64,000 nt of DNA from Verrucomicrobiota bacterium (GTDB lineage Bacteria > Verrucomicrobiota > Kiritimatiellia > RFP12 > UBA1067): contig JBNMKZ010000008.1 in NCBI GenBank assembly GCA_050874585.1, positions 344-64,343 on the forward strand, given 5' to 3'. The position numbers were made by a program, and so were the translations under genes. Below, piece by piece: positions 41,486 to 52,295 of this stretch; the first letter of the stretch is position 1, and each line of letters begins with the position of its first letter. The notes below the pieces were generated by a model, which was not told the DNA's origin, searched no databases, and worked only from the letters and a program-made list of their open reading frames with translations.

Positions 41486-42835
41486 TCAGAATTCTGCCGC
41501 CAACTTGTAGAGATAACTGTCCGTCATTCCAACCACAAAATCAAACACAGCATGAGCCCACCAATCAGATCCTTCGCTCATATTGCTTACATAGTAAGAT
41601 TCCCCGCCCCATGCCAATGTCACCAACCGCTGACATATGAACGGTAGATCCCGATAGTCCACAGGATCTCTTTTAGCCTTAATGGAGGTAAGGAACTGCA
41701 AATATTTCCCGAAAATCCGTTCGAACTGCCCATAGGCTCCAATTTCGGTAATCACCTTCCTTCTTTCCGAAAAAATGCTGTCATATCGAATCTTAATCTG
41801 CGCCAGAACTCCACTCCACTTACTATCTATCGCACTCCGCAAATCACCTTGGAAATTCCCCGCAACAATATCGTCGTAGCGCCGCTCAAAAACTGCAGCA
41901 AACTCGTTTATTAGATCGCCAATTGCCTTAGCCTTAATCCGTTGCAACGACACACCTTTCAACTTCTGACAACAATCGAACGACATCCCGTCCATCAGCA
42001 ACTGCTTGACCTCATTCTCGTCCATAATTCCCATAATGACCGCATCTTCAAAATCACTGATACGATAACAAATGTCATCCGCCGCTTCTGTGACATACGA
42101 CAACGGATGCCGTTGACCACTCTTCAAGCCAAGTTGCTCCCACAGCGACTTGAAAATTGCCTCCTCAGAAGAGAATGCGGCACTTTTCTTCTTTTGACGA
42201 CCCTCCTCACTGTTGGTCGCAAAAGGATATTTGACCAGCGCCCCCAAGACGGCTACCGTCAACTTGTAGTAACACGTCTCACGCGGCTTTGGATTAACAG
42301 CCATGCGAAACGCCTGTGCGTTGCCATCAAAATACATTAAATCATTCAGCACCGGCTTCCCACACAATTTCGCAATTAACTTTTTATTTTGACTCTGTGA
42401 GGCCCACGCACGTATCGCATCTTCTCCTGCATGTCCATAGGGCGGATTCCCTATATCGTGCATTAAACCTACCGCTTGACAAATCCAGCCAATCTCATTG
42501 ATTTGAGTTTCCGACTGCAAGTCCCCTTTGCTCTTCAAGATAAAAGTCGTAACCTTCTTACCCAATTCAGATGCTACATACCCGACCTCTGTCGAATGTG
42601 TCAACCTATTATGTATATAATCTACATCTGCAAAAGGATGAACTTGCGTCTTGCCCGCAAGCCTACGAAAAGGTTGAGAGAAAACAACACGGCCTATATC
42701 GGCTTCAAATGGACTGCGCCCTTCCTGAACACGAGAATCCGAGAAACCATAGTTGTCGCTTTCTGCATCATCCTTATCAAATCGTTTGGAAGAAAGCCAC
42801 TTATTCCACAAATCCTTAAATTCGCCGTATGCCAT
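41486..42835 (-). CDS. dgt: dGTP/dNTP triphosphohydrolase (HD superfamily)
   Basis: FRRLAGKTQV, HNRLTHS, HDIGNPPYGHAGE, DGNAQ, EAADDICY, GMTD. Confidence 0.93.
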   Translation of the reverse strand: MAYGEFKDLWNKWLSSKRFDKDDAESDNYGFSDSRVQEGRSPFEADIGRVVFSQPFRRLAGKTQVHPFADVDYIHNRLTHSTEVGYVASELGKKVTTFILKSKGDLQSETQINEIGWICQAVGLMHDIGNPPYGHAGEDAIRAWASQSQNKKLIAKLCGKPVLNDLMYFDGNAQAFRMAVNPKPRETCYYKLTVAVLGALVKYPFATNSEEGRQKKKSAAFSSEEAIFKSLWEQLGLKSGQRHPLSYVTEAADDICYRISDFEDAVIMGIMDENEVKQLLMDGMSFDCCQKLKGVSLQRIKAKAIGDLINEFAAVFERRYDDIVAGNFQGDLRSAIDSKWSGVLAQIKIRYDSIFSERRKVITEIGAYGQFERIFGKYLQFLTSIKAKRDPVDYRDLPFICQRLVTLAWGGESYYVSNMSEGSDWWAHAVFDFVVGMTDSYLYKLAAEF

Positions 42836-42847
42836 AACCTAACCACC

Positions 42848-43030
42848 TCATCCCTTCATATCACAATCTAACAGCCACCTTCCCAAACCGTTCCAGCCAA
42901 TCACTTCGTGTAATATTCGGCCCCTGCCAACGCCATTCGCACCGACGAGGATGCAGAGATTCGGGATATTCCTCATCTCCGTATCCTTGAAGGAACGAAA
43001 GTTGCGCAATCTAATCGACTCAAGCCTCAT
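42848..43030 (-). pseudogene. 5' remnant of an AAA ATPase
   Basis: MRLESIRLRNFRSF...LVGANGVG, homology lost within Walker A. Confidence 0.7.
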
Positions 43031-43198
43031 TCTGTCTATATCACCAAAAAGCGAAAACAGTAAGTATTATATCATATTATTTGCCGCGACATTTGATTGG
43101 GAATTCAAACACGGCAATTCCGCGGTGCGTCATGCCCGGTTCGTCAAGTAGAAAGTGCACCCTGCAATTGACGGAGTCGCGCATAATCGTGCGCGGCC

Positions 43199-44700
43199 CA
43201 GTTTGTCAAATAGAAAGTGCACCCTGTAAGTAGCTGGGTGGTTTTTGGTTTGCCAAATACTGTGCACTCATTTTCTTCTCTTCGAAATGCTGATTCCAAT
43301 AAGAGATGTGAGTGTGCGTTGCCCCACTCTTGGATGGGCGGGGAACGGGCGTCCCCGAAGGGGCGCCGCGAAGCGGCGAGCCCGCCCCCGCCCATCCAAG
43401 AAACCTTTTCTCGTGTTTTGCTTTCGCCGCGTTGTACCTCTCCTGGATACGCTTTATTCTGGCGAGCTTGCGTTTGATCTTGGCCAGAAGGTCGATTCCG
43501 CAGAGTCTGGCCTTGCGTTTTTCGAGAGCATGTCTTTCTTCGCTGGAGAGGACGTTCTCTTCAAGCAGCCTCTGGTACGGCGTCTTCGGATTGTCGTAGG
43601 CGCATTTATAGCCCTTGCCGTCGGTGCGCTTCCCCTTGGAGACGAGCATCTTGCATGGGCAGAAGAAGTTTCGGAAGTCTGACCACATCTCGCAGAGTTC
43701 GAAGAGGTCCTTCTCCAGATCTGGGCAGTCGAGCCTAATCTCTCCGAACAACTGCCTGCCCGACGCCCCGTTTTTTTCTTCCACATGCGCATTGTCGTTG
43801 CACTTCCTCGGGCGCGAACGCCACACAAACGGAGCGCGTCTCATCGTCCCGAGGAACGCCATCACATGATGGTTCAGTATCTCGCCGCCATTGTCGGAAT
43901 GCAGTGACGTGAAGCAGAATGGGAACCGCCCCATGTTGCGCCGAAGCGCCACAAGCGTGGTGTGTTGCGCACGATTCCATGTCGGAGACAGCTCCTCCCA
44001 CTGCGTCTTCCTGTCCGTGCAGTTTAGTATCCAGAAGAAGTTGTCGGCGCTGTCCCCTCCGCCGAGGGCAAGTGTGTCAGCCTGAACGTCGCCGGGCGGG
44101 ACTTTGCAGGCCATGACCTTCTCTCCTGACGCACAGGGCACCAGGTCCTTGATCTCATTGCCATTGTTCCTGCCGGACCGCTTGTTGACCTTCGACCACC
44201 CGAGTTTGACCCGGACCTCTCCGGACAGCGCGCGAGACATCGTCCGGTCGCTCATCTTCAGCAGCAGCTCTCTTACGTGGCCATTGACTACGGCGACATG
44301 TGACGAATACTCGTCCAGCCGCATTCCGATCTGAACCTTGAAGTATGGTAGGCATGGGCATCCGGCCTCGATCCATACGGCCTTGAGGACATCGACGACC
44401 TCGGCCGTGTAGGTCTTGCCTCGCCCCCTGCGCTCCCGGTACTCGATATTCCCGCTGAGAAGCTTGATGACGTATTTGCGAGTCAGCCCGACGGTCTTGC
44501 AGATCTCGTCGAGCATCTTGTGCTTGCCGCTCTGCGTCTCGCCTAGGTAATCATCCCGCTTGCGCAGGATGTACTCCTTGATTGATCTTCTTGACATTGT
44601 GTTCATGCCTCCATTGTATCCGGTGCACAGTATTTGGCAAACGGGCTATGCCAAGATCTGAGCCCTTCTTTGGTTGGGTGCACACTATTATGGCAAACTG
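43199..44700 (-). mobile_element. Insertion sequence with rve-type DDE transposase and multiple terminal/subterminal inverted repeats
   Basis: Perfect 20-bp IR 43248-43267 / 44623-44642; outer imperfect IR cagtttg(43199)...caaactg(44700); exact ends uncertain. Confidence 0.8.
43206..44606 (-). CDS. DDE transposase (integrase core domain)
   Basis: VQADT, HSDNGGE, NDNAHVEEKN, KTPYQR. Confidence 0.9.
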   Translation of the reverse strand: MNTMSRRSIKEYILRKRDDYLGETQSGKHKMLDEICKTVGLTRKYVIKLLSGNIEYRERRGRGKTYTAEVVDVLKAVWIEAGCPCLPYFKVQIGMRLDEYSSHVAVVNGHVRELLLKMSDRTMSRALSGEVRVKLGWSKVNKRSGRNNGNEIKDLVPCASGEKVMACKVPPGDVQADTLALGGGDSADNFFWILNCTDRKTQWEELSPTWNRAQHTTLVALRRNMGRFPFCFTSLHSDNGGEILNHHVMAFLGTMRRAPFVWRSRPRKCNDNAHVEEKNGASGRQLFGEIRLDCPDLEKDLFELCEMWSDFRNFFCPCKMLVSKGKRTDGKGYKCAYDNPKTPYQRLLEENVLSSEERHALEKRKARLCGIDLLAKIKRKLARIKRIQERYNAAKAKHEKRFLGWAGAGSPLRGAPSGTPVPRPSKSGATHTHISYWNQHFEEKKMSAQYLANQKPPSYLQGALSI

Positions 44701-44777
44701 CGGCGGCAAAAAGTGCCGCGGTGCCGCCTTGTTTTATCCGACCCAATCTGTTATACTATCTCCTCAACCAATCAATC

Positions 44778-47510
44778 GTGGGAATTAGACGCTATTTTCT
44801 TGGGATTTTTGCAGTATTTCTGCTCTGCTCTGCCGCGCTTCCGGCCGAGACGCTTGTGCGTACCGCCTACTATCTTGAGCCGGGGCTCTGCGAAAAGATG
44901 ATGGACGGCTCCTACACCGGTGCCACCATTGAATATCTCTCCCTTCTTGCCAAGCAGAACAACTGGAAGATTTCGCCCGTCTTCTGCACCTATTCCGAAG
45001 CCCTCGACAAGCTTGAACGCGGCGAAATTGATCTCCTCGGTGGCGTTATCGACTCCTTCGAGAACCGAAAGCGGTTCGCCTTCACCAGCCAGTCAACGGG
45101 CCTTTACAATCCCCACCTGTTCGTGCACGTCAACTCGCGGCGCGTTCCTAGTCGGCATGAGACCTGGAACGGCATCGAAATCGCCCTTGGACACGACCCC
45201 GAGGCCGAAAAGATCCTCACGGACTACCTAAAGGAACAGCACATCAAGTATAAGCTACGGTTCTTCAGCAGCACGTCCGAGGCTCTCACGTCATTCCTCC
45301 ATGGCCAGTCTGAGGCAATCTTCGCCCCCGGCGTCCGCGACCTTCTCTCGGCACGAAGGCTCGTTTCTCTGCCAGGAAGTCCCCTCTATTTTTGCACGCC
45401 GCGTACTCGCTCCGACCTTCTCAAGCAGCTGGACGAGGGATTGCGCCGCATCAAGAGCAAGGACCCCAACCTCGGCCGACGCATCTACTACGACCACTTC
45501 CCGGTCAATCCCCATAATGAGATTGACTTCTCTTCCGAGGAACGCAACTGGATAAACGCCCGAATCGCCGCGAAAAAGCCGATTGTTGTCGACCTGATGC
45601 CTGGCGTCCTTCCTTTCACCGGGTGGAATGAGAAGGAAGACCGCCCCATTGGGCTCGTCAGCGATACGCTTCGGACCATCGGAACGATGACCGGGCTGAC
45701 CTTCAAGTTCCTCAAGCCCACCGACATTGAATCCGCCCGTTCACGCTACCTCCACCGCGAAGTCGACTTCTGGGCGGCCCTGGGATCGGATACGGATGAC
45801 CTGCCAGGCTTCTCCGGCGGCATTTCCATCGCCATTTTCCCCCATGTACTCCTCACCCGTCGCAATGCGCCCGAGCCCGACTGGTCGACGATGCGCCTCG
45901 GAGTTCCGTCCTGGGATCCGCGCTGGCAGGAAAGCTACCGGGGTTCAGGTGTCAAGAACATTGTGCCTCTTCAGTCCCTGCACGAGGCCCTTGAGATGCT
46001 CAACAACGGCGAACTTGATGCCTCGGCCGCCGCCCTGCCGCAGGCCATTCTTGTCAGCCAGCAACTGCACATGCTTCACAAGCTCAACTTTACATCGGTC
46101 AAGACGCGGATGCCCCACCTCCAGCGCATCGTGCTCACTCCGGCGGCCGGCATCAATCCCCTGCTCATCTCAATCATCTCCAAGTGCCTCAACGCGTTCT
46201 CGGAAGGTGAAATCTCGTCCCTCACCTACCACGCCGTCTCAGAGTCCATGCCGATTACGATTCTCTCGGATACAGAGTGGATCATCATCGTGTCGGTCCT
46301 CGCCCTTCTGGCCATCGCCGTCAGCATCGGCATCTCCATGTTCTTCAACATCCGCCTCTCCCGAGCACTCGTGCGTGCCCAGGCCGGCGAACGCGCCCGA
46401 ACGAACTTCCTCGCTACGATGTCGCACGAAATCCGAACGCCCCTGAACGCCGTCATCGGATTCGCGGAGTTCCTTTCGTAGCCCAACCTGACCGACAACA
46501 ACATCAAAACGTATGCCAATGGCATCTTCCGCTCATCCCATGTCCTGCTTGACCTTATCAACGATGTGCTCGACCTCTCCAAACTTGAGGCCGGCAAGGT
46601 CAACCCGCGTGAGGGAATCACGGACTTCTCATTGCTCAAGCGCGAATTCCTGACGATTTTCGCGTCAAAGGTTCGCACACAGGGCATCAACTTCATCTTT
46701 GATCTACCTCACGACTTCCCCCTGCTGAAGATTTCGCCCATGCACCTGCGACAGGTTCTTCTGAACCTGATTGGAAATGCCGTCAAGTTCACGCACAAGG
46801 GATTCGTGACCTGCACCGTTCAGCTCAACCACACGACGGCGCAGGGCGGCGACCTCGTCATCACGGTCTCGGATACCGGCATCGGCATTTCGCCCGACCG
46901 TCTGGAGTCCATCTTCAATCCGTTCGCCCAGGACATTTCTATGCGCAGCGGACGCGTCTACGAGGGCACGGGACTTGGCCTACCCATCGTCAAGCGCATC
47001 GCCGAGGCCGCTGGTGGAACCGTCTCCGTCACATCCATCCCCGGAGCCGGCGCGACCTTCCGCGTTGCCATTCCGCAGGTGGAAATCGCCCACGACGCAA
47101 AGGCCAAGGTTGAGCAGACGGCGATACCCGACAACGAGAAACCTCTCTCGATTCCCGAGTCGGCGCTCCTGGTCGATGATGTCCCTCTGAACCTGACGAT
47201 TCTCCGCGAGCACATGAAACGGCTCGGAATCAAGAACATCCTCACGGCGAAATCGGGCAAAGAGGCCCTTCAGGTGCTGGAAACGCACCCCGTCGAGATT
47301 CTGCTCACCGATGTGTGGATGCCCGAGATGGACGGACTGAGCCTCGCCAAGAACCTTCGCCAGAATCCCAAGTTCGCCAAACTCCGAATCGTCGCCGTCA
47401 CAGCCGATGTCGGTGCCAGTAGCGAGTTTGACATGACGCCCTTTGATGCCATCCTGACGAAACCCGTCACCCGCGACAAACTACCGACCGTCTGTGGCCT
47501 GCCCACCTGA
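44778..47510 (+). pseudogene. Hybrid sensor kinase (periplasmic binding domains-TM-HisKA-HATPase-REC) interrupted by in-frame TAG at 46479-46481
   Basis: MSHEIRTPLN..EFLS*PNL..DLINDVLDLSKLE continues in the same frame; NLIGNAVKFT, GTGLGL, LTDVWMPEMDG; probable GTG start 44778. Confidence 0.85.
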
Positions 47511-47512
47511 AT

Positions 47513-49036
47513 TCAGGGACTGAGCAGCGCCTCGCGCATCTCTGGAATTCGAAAGGCCTCGACGGGCACAACGCCTGGCACACACCCCGGATAATCCTTT
47601 CGGAAAGCCCCCGTCGCCAAATAGTCCATCAGCCGCCTCACAGTTGGATTCGCCATGTGGTCAACCACCGTCCTGACAGGTTCCGGAGGCTGAAAGCGCG
47701 GCGTTCGAAACCAGACGGGGTTCGTGATGGCGCACTGCCGAATGCGCTGCTGAGCCTTGAACGCGTAGTCCCCATCCATCTCGCCGAAGCACCGGGCGAC
47801 GAGATAACCACCCGCGTCAGTACCCCGGACATCCCATTCAATCGTGCCCCCGGCGAAATCGCGGACGACGGCGAGAACTTCGCCTCCCCTCCCCACGAGC
47901 TCGACACGAGAGAGCCGCGACTCGCTCCGCGCCGGATAGGCGACGACCTTCACCACATGGCGCACATCCGCCCCCGAACGAAGCTCATCTCCCTGTGGGT
48001 GATTGTCCACCGAAAGGAAGAGTAACGGACCCGACGACATCGTGTGCCGCGCCGCTCGGAATTCGCGGATGAGATCCTTCTGTTTCAGAGGCACGGGGAT
48101 TCCCGTCGCCGGCAGGACATTGAACAACGCCGTATCGCGTCCCGTTATGTTGTGCCCGATTGAAATGTCGAGCTCCGAGAACCCGGGCACACGATAACCG
48201 AGGTCGAGCAAGGCGAACCACAGGGCCTGGTAGTCACGATGATAGGCATCGTATCCCTGCACGGTCAGCCCGTCCAAGTACCCATCCTCCAACAGCTGAG
48301 GAACCATTTCCGCCGCGATATTCGTGACAAATGGGCCGTTTGGATCACCGTTCGTCGTCCACCAGCTCGTCGGATGCGCCCAGATGCACAGCGCACCGCC
48401 CGCTCGCTGCTCATCGACGACCGCCCGGTAAGTCCGCCGCTTGTGCGGGCCGCCCGCCACCGTATTCGTCTCGGCCGTTGCATCATCAAGCGCGGAGTAC
48501 CAGACCGGGCGATCCTGATTGTAGTCGTGCCAATTGGGGACGACGACGCGGAATCCGATATGCCACAGATGCCCATAGCGCGACTTCGGCGTTTCATTGT
48601 CCACATAGAAGAGCGTCCGATTGCCCGGATAGTCATTTGCCGCCTGAATCACCGCCTCAATCTCGGCGGAATTGAAGGGACAGTCCGTGGCCTTGCCCGC
48701 GAAATAGAGATCGCGGAGTTCGGTCTCATAGTGCCGCGTCATTGCCGCGTTCGCGACGGACCACGGGCTGCCCAGTCCCATGGCGGCGACCTCGTTGCGC
48801 TCGGCCCACTCGTGCAACCGCTCGTAGGTTGTCTGCATACTGACACCGGGCTTGCGACAGGTGTGGGAATGCCCGGCGACCTTCAGGACGGCGGGTGCAT
48901 TTGTCCCTGTCGTCGTACGAACCAGTGTCACTGTCGGCAGGCGCGGCGTTCCGTCGGCTCGTCCGACCGCATCCGAAGCCCCGACCGAGGCGGCCACGGA
49001 CACGACCAAAAGCGCAAACAAGGGGCTTTTTCTCAT
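47513..49036 (-). CDS. Secreted PHP-like metallohydrolase (CehA/McbA-like)
   Basis: Signal peptide; GHSH, YGH, WAHP, SSGP, AITNPVW. Confidence 0.55.
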   Translation of the reverse strand: MRKSPLFALLVVSVAASVGASDAVGRADGTPRLPTVTLVRTTTGTNAPAVLKVAGHSHTCRKPGVSMQTTYERLHEWAERNEVAAMGLGSPWSVANAAMTRHYETELRDLYFAGKATDCPFNSAEIEAVIQAANDYPGNRTLFYVDNETPKSRYGHLWHIGFRVVVPNWHDYNQDRPVWYSALDDATAETNTVAGGPHKRRTYRAVVDEQRAGGALCIWAHPTSWWTTNGDPNGPFVTNIAAEMVPQLLEDGYLDGLTVQGYDAYHRDYQALWFALLDLGYRVPGFSELDISIGHNITGRDTALFNVLPATGIPVPLKQKDLIREFRAARHTMSSGPLLFLSVDNHPQGDELRSGADVRHVVKVVAYPARSESRLSRVELVGRGGEVLAVVRDFAGGTIEWDVRGTDAGGYLVARCFGEMDGDYAFKAQQRIRQCAITNPVWFRTPRFQPPEPVRTVVDHMANPTVRRLMDYLATGAFRKDYPGCVPGVVPVEAFRIPEMREALLSP

Positions 49037-49062
49037 CGGGGACCCTCCCTCGTCCCTTTGGA

Positions 49063-49818
49063 TTAGGCAAGAATCAGCGTCAGAAGGCCCACGATTGCGC
49101 AATACGGGCCAAACAGCCAAAACCAGCGACCTTTCAGCGACTTCAGAAGCAGTTTCAAGGAAAGGTAGCCGACCACGGCCGCCAGCAGGCATCCGTAGAT
49201 CGTCAGTCCCCAGCTGACCTCAGTCGTCGCAGCGGCGGCATCACCCGCCTTCAGGATTTGCAGAAGTGCCGCGCCAGCGATGGGCGGTGCCGACATCAGG
49301 AACGAGAACTCGGCACTCTTCTCGGCTTCAACGCCGCTCGCCCGCGCCGCCGCCAGCGTCATGCCGCTCCGCGAAACGCCGGGCAGGATGGCCACCGCCT
49401 GGGCAAGACCCATCAGAATCGCCCGGCCAAACGAGACACCCTTCTCGCCCTTGCGCAGAAAGCGGGTCGCCGTCAAAACAATGCCCGTAAAGATGAGCGC
49501 ACCGCCCACCATCTTTGGCTCGGCAAAGGCCGTCTCAAGCTGATCCTTGAAGAGCACCCCGACCGCTCCTGCCGGAATCGCGCTCACAATCACCTTGAGA
49601 AGGTAATCCCACTCAAGGTTCTTGACGATTCGGTAGATAATCTTCCAATAAAAGGCGAAAATCGCAAGAAGTGTGCCCACATGAAGAAAGATGTCGATGC
49701 GCATTCCCATTTCCTTCATGCCAAGGAGGGACTTGCCGAGGACAAGATGTCCCGAACTTGAAATGGGAAGGAACTCGGCGATGCCCTGGAGAATGCTCAA
49801 CAGCGTGACTTCTATCAT
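49063..49818 (-). CDS. uppP: Undecaprenyl-diphosphate phosphatase
   Basis: QGIAEFLPISSSGH, PGVSRSG, EFSFLM. Confidence 0.96.
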   Translation of the reverse strand: MIEVTLLSILQGIAEFLPISSSGHLVLGKSLLGMKEMGMRIDIFLHVGTLLAIFAFYWKIIYRIVKNLEWDYLLKVIVSAIPAGAVGVLFKDQLETAFAEPKMVGGALIFTGIVLTATRFLRKGEKGVSFGRAILMGLAQAVAILPGVSRSGMTLAAARASGVEAEKSAEFSFLMSAPPIAGAALLQILKAGDAAAATTEVSWGLTIYGCLLAAVVGYLSLKLLLKSLKGRWFWLFGPYCAIVGLLTLILA

Positions 49819-49869
49819 ACTTCCTTACTCCTTATGTGGATAGTGAGAGAAACGGGTGCCGTCCATCTC

Positions 49870-51057
49870 CTATCCGATGGACGACGAGACCTTGAAGACG
49901 GCCATGAGAATGGCAATCGCGACAAAACCGACGGCACAGGCAATCAGGACGATGAGCATCGGCTCAAGGGCGTTCGTAAAGGAGGTAATCTTGCGGTCCA
50001 TCTCCTTCTGATAGCGCTTGCCGATGTGCTCAAGCGAGGCCGGCAAGTCACCCGCCTGCTCACCGACCGCCAGCATATCGGTCATCATGCGCGGGAACAC
50101 GCCCGAAGATGCCAACGGACCCGAGATGGATGTGCCGTCCGTCACCCGCTTCCGTGCATTCGCCAATGCCTGCGCGATGACCGCATTGCCGCACGTCTCC
50201 TCGCAAATCTTCAACGCCTGAAGGACGTTAACGCCATTCACCAACAGCGTCTTCAGCGTATAGGCAAGCGACGAATAGGCCCCCGTCGCCACAATACCCG
50301 AAACGAGCGGCATCCGCAACTTCCAGCCGTCGATTTTCAACCGCCCGGCATCCGTCTTGCACCACCGCCTGAACCACAGGAAGAACAGGGCCAAGGCGAG
50401 GGCAATCGTCCACCCGTAGTGAATCGTGAAGTCGCTCATCCCCAGCAAAATCCGCGTCGGTGTCGGCAGCGACGCCCCCATGGACGCAAAGACCTTCTCA
50501 AACTGGGGGATAATCCAAACCATGGCTCCGATAACCGCCGCGATACCGACGACGAGGACGACAATCGGATAGGAAAGCGCACTCTTGATCTTGCCGCGCA
50601 TATTGTCGTAGCGCTCGTAGTGGTCGCTCAACCGACGCAAGACCTCCACCATCGCACCCGAGGCCTCACCGGCGCGAATCATGCTCGAATAAAGCGGCGG
50701 AAACGTCTTCGGATGATGTGCGCACGCATCGGAGAAACTTTCGCCGCGCACAATCCGGTCGCAGAGATCCTGGCTGATGTACCGCTGGGCACTCGCCTCC
50801 TCCCCCTGATTCGCCAGGGCACGAAGGGCCTGACCCAGCGTCATGCCCGCCTCGATGAGGTCGGCAAGTTCGGACGTGAAGAGCAGGACCTCCACGCTCT
50901 TCATGTCCGTCTTCTGCGAGGAGCCACCGATTTGCATCTTCCAGATGGACGTCGGCTTGGATCCCGCAGCGTCAGAGGATACGAAAGCGGGCGCGGCGGA
51001 TGCGGCAGGTCGCCCTGCGCCGTCCGCCACCGTTCCTTTCCGCTTCGCGTATCCCAT
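49870..51057 (-). CDS. pilC: Type II secretion F / PilC platform protein
   Basis: MIRAGEASG, ALSYP, VGEQAGDL, LEP. Confidence 0.88.
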   Translation of the reverse strand: MGYAKRKGTVADGAGRPAASAAPAFVSSDAAGSKPTSIWKMQIGGSSQKTDMKSVEVLLFTSELADLIEAGMTLGQALRALANQGEEASAQRYISQDLCDRIVRGESFSDACAHHPKTFPPLYSSMIRAGEASGAMVEVLRRLSDHYERYDNMRGKIKSALSYPIVVLVVGIAAVIGAMVWIIPQFEKVFASMGASLPTPTRILLGMSDFTIHYGWTIALALALFFLWFRRWCKTDAGRLKIDGWKLRMPLVSGIVATGAYSSLAYTLKTLLVNGVNVLQALKICEETCGNAVIAQALANARKRVTDGTSISGPLASSGVFPRMMTDMLAVGEQAGDLPASLEHIGKRYQKEMDRKITSFTNALEPMLIVLIACAVGFVAIAILMAVFKVSSSIG

Positions 51058-51065
51058 TGCGCACC

Positions 51066-52232
51066 CTACTTCACAATGCGCACGCGAATAACCGCCGCGC
51101 TCGCCTCAAGGGCCTTGACGACTTCCGCCGGGACGACCGTGTCAGTGTCAATCAGCGTGTAGGCGAAGTCCCCACGGGACTTGTTCGCAATCGCGTCGAT
51201 ATTGATCTTGGCGTTGCCCAGAATCGACGTGAACGTGCCCAGCATGTTCGTCTCGTTCTTGTGGCAAATGGCAATGCGGCAGGCCTTGTTCGGCTTGCCA
51301 AGCGAGCAGGCCGGATAGTTCACCGAATTGACGATGTTGCCGTTCTCAAGATAGTCGCGCATTTCCTTGACGGCCATGACCGCGCAATTGTCCTCGGCCT
51401 CCTCGGTCGATGCGCCGAGGTGCGGAATGACGATGCAGCCTTTCTGGCCCGCCGTCGTCGCATTCGGGAAGTCCGAGACATACCGACGGACCTTGCCGGA
51501 CTCAAGCGCCGCCAGCATGTCCTTCTCGTTGACCAGCGCATCGCGAGCCGCGTTGATGATGATGACACCATTCTTCATCATGGCGATCGCCTCGGCATTG
51601 ATCATACCCTTCGTTGTCTCCAGTGCCGGCACGTGAATCGTGATGAAGTCGCAGGCCTCATAAATCGACTCGACATTCTTGCAGTGCTTGACGGCGTGGT
51701 CGAGGTTCCAAGCCGCGTCGACCGACAAGTAGGGATCGTAGCCATAAACTTCCATCCCGAGGCTGACGGCCGCATTGGCGACCTTCTGGCCAATTGCGCC
51801 CAGCCCGATGACACCGAGCTTCTTGCCCTGGATCTCCGTCCCCGCAAAGGCCTTCTTCGCCTTCTCGGCCGTCTTGTTGATCGCCGCGTCGGCCGCATTC
51901 GTCTTAACCCACTCGATGCCGCCGATGATGTCGCGACTCGCCAGCAGCATCGCGGCAATGACGAGTTCCTTCACGCCGTTCGCATTGGCCCCCGGCGTAT
52001 TGAAGACAACAATGCCCTTCTTCGCGTATTCGGCATGGGGAATGTTGTTCACGCCCGCACCCGCACGGGCAACCGCCAGGAGGTTCTCGCCAGGGACGAG
52101 TTCATCCATCTTCGCCGAGCGGACAAACGCGGCATCCGCCTCCGCAAAGTTCGCCGTCCGGGCATAGTTATCGGGTAGGTTCTTCAGCCCCACATCCGCA
52201 ATCGGATTGAGGCACGTGTACTTGTAGTTCAT
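51066..52232 (-). CDS. serA: D-3-phosphoglycerate dehydrogenase with ACT domain
   Basis: RAGAGVNNI, GLGAIG, PHLGASTEEAE, C-terminal ACT. Confidence 0.92.
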   Translation of the reverse strand: MNYKYTCLNPIADVGLKNLPDNYARTANFAEADAAFVRSAKMDELVPGENLLAVARAGAGVNNIPHAEYAKKGIVVFNTPGANANGVKELVIAAMLLASRDIIGGIEWVKTNAADAAINKTAEKAKKAFAGTEIQGKKLGVIGLGAIGQKVANAAVSLGMEVYGYDPYLSVDAAWNLDHAVKHCKNVESIYEACDFITIHVPALETTKGMINAEAIAMMKNGVIIINAARDALVNEKDMLAALESGKVRRYVSDFPNATTAGQKGCIVIPHLGASTEEAEDNCAVMAVKEMRDYLENGNIVNSVNYPACSLGKPNKACRIAICHKNETNMLGTFTSILGNAKINIDAIANKSRGDFAYTLIDTDTVVPAEVVKALEASAAVIRVRIVK

Positions 52233-52295
52233 CATTTTGTCTTTCTTCCGTAGAATTTATCATGGAATTTGCCGTCACGAATGACGACGGACGAT

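Larger units (their letters stand above)
17071..43030 (-). other. Lower-GC Wzx/Wzy-dependent surface polysaccharide gene cluster
   Basis: Co-oriented, often ATGA/GTGA-coupled glycosyltransferases, flippase, polymerase and modification enzymes; visibly more AT-rich than the flanks. Confidence 0.9.

Noticed and set aside
46479-46481. Genome-wide TAG recoding
   Set aside because: Several intact genes in the window terminate at TAG and no other in-frame TAG was seen
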